Of a DNA stretch of 64,000 nucleotides, positions 10,869-18,300 are shown piece after piece. The DNA is taken from assembly GCA_964398665.1 (NCBI GenBank), contig CAYNNN010000005.1, forward strand, positions 2,025 through 66,024, given 5' to 3'. Each line of letters opens with the position of its first letter. Positions within the stretch are counted from its first letter, which is position 1. Source of the stretch: an uncultured Gammaproteobacteria bacterium. GTDB lineage: Bacteria; Pseudomonadota; Gammaproteobacteria; CAYNNN01. The translations under genes and the position numbers were made by a program. A model generated the notes under the pieces. It saw nothing but the letters and a program-made list of their open reading frames with translations, did not search any database and had not been told where the DNA came from.

Positions 10869-11278
10869 GCGACTTGTCCTCCACGGCTTATAAGGGTTGT
10901 GGTCATCGCGGCCAGGGCTTCCACAATATCGTCTGCTTGCGCACGCAGCAATTCGGGCACCCGCCCGATTTCGATGCAGTAACCGATACGCCGTTCACTG
11001 AGATCAAAGTGTTCGACCTGCCACACCCCGGCATAGCGGCTCTCCCGGATGCGGGTTTTGCCCAACATGTTGAGCGTGACATCGATCTCGCCTTCACCCA
11101 GAAAGGCATCCAGCGCGGCGAGTTCCTGCGGGGCAAAGGGTAGGTTTTGCAAATCAATGACATGATGGACACCACCCGTCGCCAGTGCTGTTAGGGCATG
11201 GTGAATCTCCCCCAGTATGGGACGCAAGTTCCCCGTAGCAGGCAGGTCGGTCATGACGGGTATCTCAGCAAGCGGCAT
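10865..11278 (-). CDS. HupH/HyaF-like hydrogenase accessory protein
   Basis: IDLQNLPF, LGEGEI, RIRESRYAGVWQV resemble the HupH C-terminal domain; operon position. Confidence 0.75.
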   Translation of the reverse strand: MPLAEIPVMTDLPATGNLRPILGEIHHALTALATGGVHHVIDLQNLPFAPQELAALDAFLGEGEIDVTLNMLGKTRIRESRYAGVWQVEHFDLSERRIGYCIEIGRVPELLRAQADDIVEALAAMTTTLISRGGQVA

Positions 11279-11774
11279 GAGTGACGCCTCCGTGTATGAG
11301 AGGGCGTTGAGCGGCCTGCTGCGCCCATTGTTGCAGCAAGCGTGTGGCGGCCTGACCTGCCAAAGGAATGCTGGCAGCTACTGCCGGGGTAAGCTCGGTG
11401 CCCCAACCAAACACGCCATACTGAACGCCGATCAGGGCGCGGTGCTGGGGTAACTGTCCAGTCAGGCGGCTAATATCCAATAAATCCAGCAAACCCACTT
11501 CGTGGGCACTGCGTTTGGTAGTACCAAGAAAATGATCCATCGCCGTGTTTTCGTAGCAGCACCAGGTACCAGGCGGCGCGTGCAGCTCAACCGCATCCAG
11601 CACCAGCAGATGCTCGTGGGCAGCAATTTCGTCGGCCAGCGTAAAACTCAAGGTGCCGCCATCCAGATAAGTCACGGCGGGCAGCGGCGGGTACTGTTGC
11701 GCCATAAATTTCAGCAAGTGCAAGCCGACCCCTTCGTCTTGCAATAACACGTTGCCAATACCGAGCACGAGCAT
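11265..11774 (-). CDS. Hydrogenase maturation endopeptidase (HyaD/HybD family)
   Basis: VLGIGNVLLQDEGVG, DGGT, LDAV, SAHEVGL. Confidence 0.93.
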   Translation of the reverse strand: MLVLGIGNVLLQDEGVGLHLLKFMAQQYPPLPAVTYLDGGTLSFTLADEIAAHEHLLVLDAVELHAPPGTWCCYENTAMDHFLGTTKRSAHEVGLLDLLDISRLTGQLPQHRALIGVQYGVFGWGTELTPAVAASIPLAGQAATRLLQQWAQQAAQRPLIHGGVTHAAC

Positions 11775-11805
11775 AGCGGCACCACTGTGTCAGGAATACG
11801 CCGAT

Positions 11806-11847
11806 ACTGTACCCGTTACACCCATGGATGCAATTGATCTAGATCAT
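11806..11847 (-). promoter_or_regulatory. FNR-type site (TTGATCTAGATCAT, 11834-11847) with -10-like TACAGT (11811-11806)
   Basis: One mismatch from TTGAT-N4-ATCAA. With TACAGT as -12..-7 the box centres at -41.5, the class II FNR/CRP geometry; directly upstream of the hyn operon. Confidence 0.65.
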
Positions 11848-11952
11848 GACGCAGCCCGTTCAGGACTGCGCTCCCCGGCGCGAGGCTTGGCCGATGGCAA
11901 ACGCGGAGGCTGGTTTGACTACTGATCACCTGGGCAATGGCTTGCTGAATGA

Positions 11953-12225
11953 ACCTTTGTTCTGGCACACTTGCTTCAAGGCACCTTGCAAATTGGCCCG
12001 ATCCAGGATCTCGGCCAGCAACGTGCGGGATAGAATTGACTCCGGTTGCCCTGGCAATCCAGCAACGGGTTCATCCAGCGGTTCAACCGCCGCCAGTTTA
12101 CGCTGGGGGGTCTGATGCGATCTTGAGTGCAAGCCACTGCCTCATGTGCACCTGAGCCCGCCACGCTGCACCCGCCCCGCATGGCGGGGCAGGTGCAAGC
12201 CCTAGTTAAGCCGGTCCGTATTGCC
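11953..12225 (-). mobile_element. Truncated group II intron remnant (start of RT ORF plus upstream structured RNA)
   Basis: Peptide LLAEILDRANLQGALKQVCQNKG matches the usual group II intron RT N-terminus (L.E.IL.R.NL..AL.RV..NKG), then degenerates; GC-rich hairpins lie upstream. Confidence 0.6.
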
Positions 12226-12236
12226 ATCACCCGCTA

Positions 12237-12761
12237 TTATTCAAACTTCCACAACTGACCCGTGACGTTCTGACATTTATCCATAAACGCCGCGCCATTC
12301 ATCGAGCCATTCACCTGGTTGCCCTCAAGACATTCATCTTTGCCTTCGCGGAACTGAGTGGTGAGCTTGAAATATCCATTCCCGGCGGGTGTTGCTTTCC
12401 ACAACTGACCCGTGACGTTCTGACATTTATCCATAAACGCCGCGCCATTCATCGAGCCATTCACCTGGTTGCCCTCAAGACATTCATCTTTGCCTTCGCG
12501 GAACTGAGTGGTGAGCTTGAAATATCCATTCCCGGCGGGCGTTGCTTTCCACAACTGGCCCGTGACGTTCTGACATTTATCCATAAACGCTGCGCCATTC
12601 ATCGAGCCACTCACCTGGTTGCCTTCAAGACATTCATTTTTGCTTTCGCGGAACTGAGTGGTGAGCTTGAAATAACCGTCCGGGAAGCTGGAACCTAAGG
12701 TATTGTTGCTGATTGCAAGGAGAATGATTGCAGCACAAGTCGATTTGGATAGCTTTTTCAT
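12237..12761 (-). CDS. Secreted ricin-B-like beta-trefoil protein with three near-identical 50-aa repeats
   Basis: Signal-like MKKLSKSTCAAIILLAI; three copies of GYFKLTTQFRE..ECLEGNQV.GSMNGAAFMDKCQNVTGQLW, each with QxW and a Cys pair. Confidence 0.8.
   Translation of the reverse strand: MKKLSKSTCAAIILLAISNNTLGSSFPDGYFKLTTQFRESKNECLEGNQVSGSMNGAAFMDKCQNVTGQLWKATPAGNGYFKLTTQFREGKDECLEGNQVNGSMNGAAFMDKCQNVTGQLWKATPAGNGYFKLTTQFREGKDECLEGNQVNGSMNGAAFMDKCQNVTGQLWKFE
12247..12680. repeat. Three tandem 150-bp repeats
   Basis: 12247-12389 is identical to 12397-12539; the third copy from 12541 differs at fewer than ten positions. Confidence 0.97.
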
Positions 12762-12837
12762 GAGAGAAACCCCTGTGAGGAATATAAAGAGCTGCTTTAC
12801 AATTTTCACGTTATTGCCGCAGATCATTCACAACAAC

Positions 12838-12941
12838 GCCTGACGGACCGCAGTTGAGCGGCCCCCCGAGAAAAATTGAGCCACGCAGAGTGTAGCTCAT
12901 TTTTCAAGGGGCGACAGCCGCGCGCAGCAGTGCAGTCGGCC
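12838..12941 (-). other. Degenerate attC-like site
   Basis: Minus strand ends GCTCAACTGCGGTCCGTCAGGC (R' GTTAGGC-like); internal inverted repeat ccccgagaaaaattgagc/gctcatttttcaagggg; shares an 18/20 match with 14567-14586; lies just upstream of the trefoil gene. Confidence 0.55.
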
Positions 12942-13014
12942 TGAATGAGGGGTGCTGCCGCTTTGCGCCGTCCCCGCGTTCGCACAACTCACGTATGTGC
13001 TTCAGTGCAAAGCG

Positions 13015-13116
13015 CCGGAGAGCGTTTGAGCCAAGTCGACACCCGCCGGCACAACACCCGGAGCCAAACCAAAAAAGCCCGATGGCGGGTGGTCGGCCCT
13101 GAGCGATAAGTCAGAA
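13015..13116 (-). other. Degenerate attC-like site overlapping the HAD-gene stop
   Basis: Minus strand TCTGAC TTATC GCTCAGG GCCGAC ... GTCGACTTGGCTCAAACG with paired core cacccgcc/ggcgggtg; the stop codon sits in the R'' box as in integron cassettes. Confidence 0.6.
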
Positions 13117-13479
13117 GGTGCTGTATCTTCGCTTGGCTGAATATCTGTAAATGAATTCACTTACAGTAATTGCCCTAATCCCTTTGTTCAAGCAAGCCAG
13201 TACTACATCAGAATCATCATCGAACATGATATCGACTTTATGAGCCAAACATATGTTGGCTTTCCAGTCCTGATACTTCTCTATGCTATCAGGAGGACAT
13301 ATTTCAACGGTTATTTTACTAATATCAATATGCAAAGTTGATGATGCCAGCTCCTGAGTGATTTCGTCATTTACAGTGATGATAACGCATCTTGAAAATA
13401 GGCTGGCCAAGAACGAAAAACTGTCGGGATAATCAGAGATAGTACCATCCCAATCCAAGCCAATAACATGCTCTTTCAT
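13111..13479 (-). CDS. Small HAD-superfamily-like protein
   Basis: GLDWDGT (DxDGT) and MFDDD motifs; lower GC than flanks. Confidence 0.7.
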   Translation of the reverse strand: MKEHVIGLDWDGTISDYPDSFSFLASLFSRCVIITVNDEITQELASSTLHIDISKITVEICPPDSIEKYQDWKANICLAHKVDIMFDDDSDVVLACLNKGIRAITVSEFIYRYSAKRRYSTF

Positions 13480-13503
13480 GCTGTAAGTCTTCTTGAGCCT
13501 ATC

Positions 13504-13620
13504 TCACTCTCTGCCGCGCTTGGGTGTGCGACGGCGCCTTGGATTGGGGGTGATGAGGGGCGAGATGCCGCGTTGACGTAATCGGGCACACAGTGCAGCA
13601 ACGTCATAACCAGTTATTGG
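13504..13620 (-). pseudogene. IS5-family transposase fragment
   Basis: GYDVAALCARLRQRGISPLITP resembles the IS5 C-terminal DKGYD...LR.RGI.P.IP segment; rest of enzyme absent. Confidence 0.55.
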
Positions 13621-13627
13621 GATAGAT

Positions 13628-14461
13628 TCATGGCTGATGTTCTGAAAGCTCATCTTCAATTCGCTTGACTGCAAGGTCAAGATAATTTTTATCAATGTCA
13701 AAACCCACGAAGCGCCGCCGAAGGCGGGCGCTGAGTACTCCGGTCGTGCCACTACCGCAGAAAGGATCAAATACTAAATCTCCAGGATTTGAGGACGCAC
13801 GAATAACGCGATCAAGCAAAGCCTCGGGCTTTTGCGTTGGATGCTTGCCGAAACGCTTTTCGCGCGGCGCGGGCGGTGTGATTGACCACAACGATTGCAT
13901 TTGCTTGCCGTGATTATCACGTTTCATCTCGTCGTAATTAAAGAGGTGCTTTGCTTTCTCGCCTTTACGCGCCCACAAAATTGTTTCGGTGGCGTGCGTG
14001 AAATAGCGACAGGCCAAGTTTGGCGGTGGGTTTATTTTGAACCAAGCAATATCGTTAAGAATCTTGTAGCCGAGAGTTTGCATCGCAAACCCGACGCTGT
14101 AGATGTTGTGCGCTGTGCCAGAAACCCAAATGGTTCCGTTTGGCTTTAACAGACGATAGCACTCGCGCAACCAATCTGTATTGAAACTGTGGATTTCTTC
14201 GAGTGAAGGAGCTTCATCCCACTTTCCTTTATTAACACTCACCATCTGGCCGTTTTGACAAGTGATCCCACCGTTTGACAAAAAGTAGGGCGGATCGGCA
14301 AAGATTACGTCGAATTTTTCGCTGCGCGATTGGCGCAGCATTGCAAGTGCGTCCCCTTGATACAAGCGAATGCCGCGCTCTTCATTCACGAAGAAAGGTT
14401 TTGGCGTGGATTCCAAAACCGCTGTGATTTTCCATTGGGTATCTTCCGTTAATTCAAGCAT
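13628..14461 (-). CDS. Beta-class N6-adenine DNA methyltransferase, DpnA (M2.DpnII)-like
   Basis: DVIFADPPYFLSNGGITCQNGQMVSVNKGKWD, HPTQKPE, DPFCGSGTT with motif IV before motif I. Confidence 0.9.
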   Translation of the reverse strand: MLELTEDTQWKITAVLESTPKPFFVNEERGIRLYQGDALAMLRQSRSEKFDVIFADPPYFLSNGGITCQNGQMVSVNKGKWDEAPSLEEIHSFNTDWLRECYRLLKPNGTIWVSGTAHNIYSVGFAMQTLGYKILNDIAWFKINPPPNLACRYFTHATETILWARKGEKAKHLFNYDEMKRDNHGKQMQSLWSITPPAPREKRFGKHPTQKPEALLDRVIRASSNPGDLVFDPFCGSGTTGVLSARLRRRFVGFDIDKNYLDLAVKRIEDELSEHQP

Positions 14462-14561
14462 AGTGACTTTCTGGGAACCAATAGTGATTCTATTCTATCC
14501 GAAAGTACACCTTAATTCGATCGTACATCTGCCGCGCGAGTACTTGCCACATCGCGCATCG

Positions 14562-14676
14562 GCCCAACGGGCCGCAGTTGAGCAGCTGCGTCATTTTGCT
14601 GGGGCAACATACTGGCAGCCAACAGCTAGCAAACGCATTGCAGCTTTGGAGTCTAGCTGCTATCAAGAAAGTGCGC
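14562..14676 (-). other. Degenerate attC-like site
   Basis: Minus strand ends GCTCAACTGCGGCCCGTTGGGC (GTTRRRY); internal pairing agctgc/gcagct and tttgct/agcaaa. Far end poorly defined. Confidence 0.5.
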
Positions 14677-14730
14677 GAAGGTGCGCACGGTTCTTTTCCT
14701 GCCCCGACGTGTCTTGCTGACCACATTCGT

Positions 14731-14795
14731 ATCTGACAGGCGTCACTTCCCCGGCTGCAACAGGAACCATTCCTGTTGCAGCGCCGCCGTTACTG
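14731..14795. other. attC-like hairpin with perfect 13-bp stem
   Basis: gctgcaacaggaa (14754-14766) / ttcctgttgcagc (14770-14782), flanked by ATCTGAC and GTTACTG. Confidence 0.4.
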
Positions 14796-14862
14796 GTCGG
14801 ACTCGCCACGGGTAGAGCAGTTACGGTTGCCAGCCGTTTTAGGTTCAGCGCTGCATTGTGGA

Positions 14863-14928
14863 GCCCAAGCGCCCGCGTTGCGCCAACGCGTTAGCTCAGT
14901 GCGGTCGCCCCTACAGCGAGTTGTTATG
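14863..14928 (-). other. Degenerate attC-like site
   Basis: Minus strand starts GCATAAC AACTC GCTGTAG GGCGACC (typical R''/L'' arrangement) and ends CGCTTGGGC. Confidence 0.55.
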
Positions 14929-14956
14929 CGCGAACACACCGTGACACGCCAGCCCG

Positions 14957-15067
14957 TTTATTGCCACGTACTGCATTGAGAACAAATGCCCGCTGCTGTT
15001 TCAGGATAAGGATTTCCTGCCTTTCGTTGAGCACATGGGCCTCCTGCCCGCCATCAAGATCGCATGA
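14957..15067 (+). pseudogene. C-terminal fragment of a PIN-domain (VapC-type) toxin
   Basis: Own translation FIATYCIENKCPLLFQDKDFLPFVEHMGLLPAIKIA* resembles VapC C-termini (IAT.CIE...LL..D.DF.PF..HLGL); no N-terminal part or start. Confidence 0.6.
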
Positions 15068-15149
15068 CGCTGGAAGTGAGCCACAGACCCACCGCAGGCG
15101 GGGCTGTTGGCTCACTGGGGTGGTCATATCCATCCCGATGGATTTGGGG

Positions 15150-15527
15150 TCATATTTCGGCCACAATGCCCCAGATTTCCAGCGTGGGGGGTAGCAGCCC
15201 CAACGCTGCACCAAGCGCCAGCGCTTCGGCTACGCCGATACCGTGGGACGAGGTGGGTGTAGCCAGCAGCGCCAGCTCCTCGCGCTGGAGTTTGAGCCAG
15301 GTTCCGGGAGGATACTGGGGGGCGATGACCGCATCCAGTAAAATCGCGTGGTCCACACCCTGAAAATGCTCAAGCAAGGTCATACCGGGACGGTCGAGCT
15401 TGATCAGCGTCAGATCCCCACGCGCAAGGGCTGCCCGCACGGATGGTGCCACAGGACAGTCCGTCGCCTGCCAACCCAACAGGTCGGCACCAAAGGGCGA
15501 GCCAACGGCGATAAGTATGCTTTTTAT
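15150..15527 (-). CDS. Hydrogenase maturation protease (group 3b associated); start codon appears to be ATA
   Basis: ILIAVGSPFGADLLG, ILLDAV, SSHGIGV. The in-frame ATA at 15527-15525 overlaps the large-subunit TAA. Confidence 0.8.
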   Translation of the reverse strand: MKSILIAVGSPFGADLLGWQATDCPVAPSVRAALARGDLTLIKLDRPGMTLLEHFQGVDHAILLDAVIAPQYPPGTWLKLQREELALLATPTSSHGIGVAEALALGAALGLLPPTLEIWGIVAEI

Positions 15528-16822
15528 GTGCGCGTTACCTTCAGCCGCAAAAAATGGGTTGCGCAGGAAATGCACGGGTCATAGTTGCGAATGACCTGTT
15601 CGGCCCGTAATTTTATCTCGATATCACTGCGATCCAGCCCAAGCGCATGGATCGCGTGGTGTAAATCCTGTTCCATCCGCGCCTGATTCTGGCTGGTGGG
15701 AGGAACGATCCGGGCAGCGCCTACCGTGCCATCTGCATTCAATTCATAGCGGTGCCAGAGGGTTCCGCGTGGCGCCTCGGTACAGCCAAAGCCAGTGGCA
15801 GCACGCGGGGTGACCGGCAGGTGCGGCTGATCTGACGGGGTATAGGCGTCCAGAAGCCGGATAGCTTCTTCAAGGCTATAGGCAAGTTCCAGCGCTCTTG
15901 CCGCCATGCTGTGAAACATGTTGCGACTGGGAAAGCGGATGCCCTGATCTTCCAGCAGCGCCAACAAGCGCGGCGGTAATTGGGCGTGGCACAGATTCAC
16001 CCGCGCCAGCGGCCCGACCAGATAGGGTCTGCCCTGCAAATGCGCGTGCAGTGCGGTGGAATGCGGTACTTGAAATTCATGGAAATGCTGTGCGTAAGCA
16101 TTGATGGGGATATCCAGGCCGTCGCTGGAGATGATCCGACCTTCATTGAGCGGATATTCGTTGGGGTGGGCCAGGGCAACGGAGACAAAATCTTGTTGAT
16201 CCGTCGGCACCGGGAGACGTGCAACCCAGCATACGAGATCATCGGCATCGGCTTGTGCCGCCGCCAGGGCCTGCCGCAATGCCCGCATTTCATTCAGCGC
16301 GGGCGCAGCGTAAAACCCACCCACACAGGCATTGACCGGATGCACGGAGCGCCCGCCGATCACATGCATGATGCGGTTGCCCAACCCCTGCAATTTCAGT
16401 CCACGCTTAACCACCTCGGGAAAGGCTTGCGCCAGGGCCAATGCAGACTCAAACCCCAAAAAATCTGGTGCAGCCAGAAGATGGATGTGCAGCGCATGGC
16501 TTTGCAGCCACTCACCGCAGTACAACAGCCGGCGCAACGCCCGTACCCACGGGCTGATGGGCACATCAAAGGCCATTTCCGCCGCCTGTACCGCGCTCAT
16601 TTGATAAGCCACCGGGCAAATCCCGCAAATACGGGCGGTAATATCCGGCACTTCCTGGAAACTTCGCCCTTCCAGCAGCTTCTCGAACAACCGGGGCGGC
16701 TCAAAGATATGCAACTTCAGCTGGGTGATGTCCCCATTGCTGATCTCAAGCGCCAGCGCACCTTCACCTTCCACACGTGCCAGCACGGGAATCTGAATGC
16801 TGACATTACGCGCTACCGGCAT
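15524..16822 (-). CDS. hyhL: Group 3b [NiFe]-hydrogenase large (alpha) subunit
   Basis: ARVEGEG, L1 RICGICPVAY, EWLQSHALH, L2 YDPCISCATH plus short extension. Confidence 0.92.
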   Translation of the reverse strand: MPVARNVSIQIPVLARVEGEGALALEISNGDITQLKLHIFEPPRLFEKLLEGRSFQEVPDITARICGICPVAYQMSAVQAAEMAFDVPISPWVRALRRLLYCGEWLQSHALHIHLLAAPDFLGFESALALAQAFPEVVKRGLKLQGLGNRIMHVIGGRSVHPVNACVGGFYAAPALNEMRALRQALAAAQADADDLVCWVARLPVPTDQQDFVSVALAHPNEYPLNEGRIISSDGLDIPINAYAQHFHEFQVPHSTALHAHLQGRPYLVGPLARVNLCHAQLPPRLLALLEDQGIRFPSRNMFHSMAARALELAYSLEEAIRLLDAYTPSDQPHLPVTPRAATGFGCTEAPRGTLWHRYELNADGTVGAARIVPPTSQNQARMEQDLHHAIHALGLDRSDIEIKLRAEQVIRNYDPCISCATHFLRLKVTRT

Positions 16823-17465
16823 AAATGACCCCCCGAGGTCCGTAACAACCATAGCAACCACGGCCAAAAGCCGGGCAAATGGCCCCACATCCGCCCTGCG
16901 TCACCGGTCCCAGGCAAGGCGCGCCGGCAGCAACCACCACGCACACATTGCCGCGCCGCTTGCATTCTGCGCAGACTTTTTCCTGTAATGCCGGTGGATG
17001 GGTTCCGTGGAGCAAGCTGGCAATCGCCTGCAACACCTGTTGGGTACTGACCGGGCAGCCCCACAATGCCAGGTCAACCCTGACCTGTGAAGCAATAGGT
17101 TTGGCCGTTGCAAGACTGTCAAGATAGTGCGGCTGGGCATAAATGGCCTGATGCCAGGCGCCTGCATCGTGGAGATTGCGCAGCGCCTGCACCCCGCCTG
17201 CGGTGGCGCACGCACCGATGGTGATCAGGTAGCGGCTGTTGGCGCGGACCTGCTGGATGCGCACCAAATCATGCGCGGTATTGAGACTGCCTTCCACAAA
17301 AGCGAGGTCCACCGGCGCTGTTTCGGCCAACAGCCCGGCTTCGGCAAAATGCACGATATCCACCCGTGCGGCCAGTTGCAGCAAGTCCATCCCTGCATTC
17401 AGGAAGGCGAGCTGGCAGCCATCGCAGGAGGAAAATTTATGAACTGCAACCGTGAGTTTGCCCAT
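16806..17465 (-). CDS. hyhS: Group 3b hydrogenase small (delta) subunit, short C-terminus
   Basis: KFSSCDGCQL, VEGS, GACATAGG, WGCP, CAECK, CLGPVTQGGCGAICP, CYGCYGP. Confidence 0.9.
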   Translation of the reverse strand: MGKLTVAVHKFSSCDGCQLAFLNAGMDLLQLAARVDIVHFAEAGLLAETAPVDLAFVEGSLNTAHDLVRIQQVRANSRYLITIGACATAGGVQALRNLHDAGAWHQAIYAQPHYLDSLATAKPIASQVRVDLALWGCPVSTQQVLQAIASLLHGTHPPALQEKVCAECKRRGNVCVVVAAGAPCLGPVTQGGCGAICPAFGRGCYGCYGPRGVIYAGSA

Positions 17466-17466
17466 A

Positions 17467-18300
17467 TTAAAAGCCTTTGACGCCCAATAGCGCGCTTATT
17501 TCAGGCAAGGGAAATACCGGGCCGTCCTTACAGACGAACCGACTACCCAATTGGCAGTGGCCGCAGTGCCCGACCGCGCAGTGCATATTGCGCTCCAGGC
17601 TCAACCAAATCCGCGCGGCAGGCATTTGGCGGGCGAGCAGGCGCTGGCTGGCAGCATGCATCATCACCTCCGGTCCACACAGCAGCGCCACCGCATTGGC
17701 CGGGTCAAAATCCGCCTTGGCCAGCAAATCAGTCACAAAGCCTACATCGAACGCCCAATGCGGTGCCGCTACATTCGCCGCCAGGAGGACTTGGGTATCG
17801 GGCAAGCGCCGCCAGGTCTCATAGCGGGCACGCCAGATGAGATCATTAGCCTGTTTGACACCTTGCAAGATGACCAGACGTTTGAACTCCGCACGGCGCT
17901 GGAGCACATAGTTGATCACGGACATGACCGGCGCACAGCCCAGCCCGCCGGTAATCAGCACCAGATCACGATTTGCTGCGGCGTGCAGCGGCCAACCCCG
18001 ACCAAATGGCCCGCGCACCCCCAACCGGTCACCGGGTTGTAACGCCGCCATTGCCGTCGTGACCCGCCCGACCCTGCGGATCGTATGTTCAAAATATGTA
18101 GCCTGTGCAGGGTCGGACACGATGGAAACAGGGACTTCGCCCACGCCGTACTGATACAGCATGTTGAACTGCCCCGGCGTGAATCGGTAGCTGTCTCTTA
18201 TTTCAGGATCAGTGAATTGCAGCCTCAAGGTAAAAATGTCGGGCGCTTCCTGGGTGTACGCCACGATCCCGGCTTCCCGGGGCAGATAGGCGTTGTTCAT
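17467..18300 (-). CDS. hyhG: Group 3b hydrogenase gamma subunit (FAD/NAD(P)-binding, 2Fe-2S)
   Basis: PGQFNML, GEVPVSI, RGPFGRG, GGLGCAP, LCGPE, ERNMHCAVGHCGHCQ, VCKDGPV. Confidence 0.92.
   Translation of the reverse strand: MNNAYLPREAGIVAYTQEAPDIFTLRLQFTDPEIRDSYRFTPGQFNMLYQYGVGEVPVSIVSDPAQATYFEHTIRRVGRVTTAMAALQPGDRLGVRGPFGRGWPLHAAANRDLVLITGGLGCAPVMSVINYVLQRRAEFKRLVILQGVKQANDLIWRARYETWRRLPDTQVLLAANVAAPHWAFDVGFVTDLLAKADFDPANAVALLCGPEVMMHAASQRLLARQMPAARIWLSLERNMHCAVGHCGHCQLGSRFVCKDGPVFPLPEISALLGVKGF

Noticed and set aside
12247-12680. 150-bp repeats as a CRISPR array
   Set aside because: Units are contiguous with no spacers, keep frame and encode a protein repeat.
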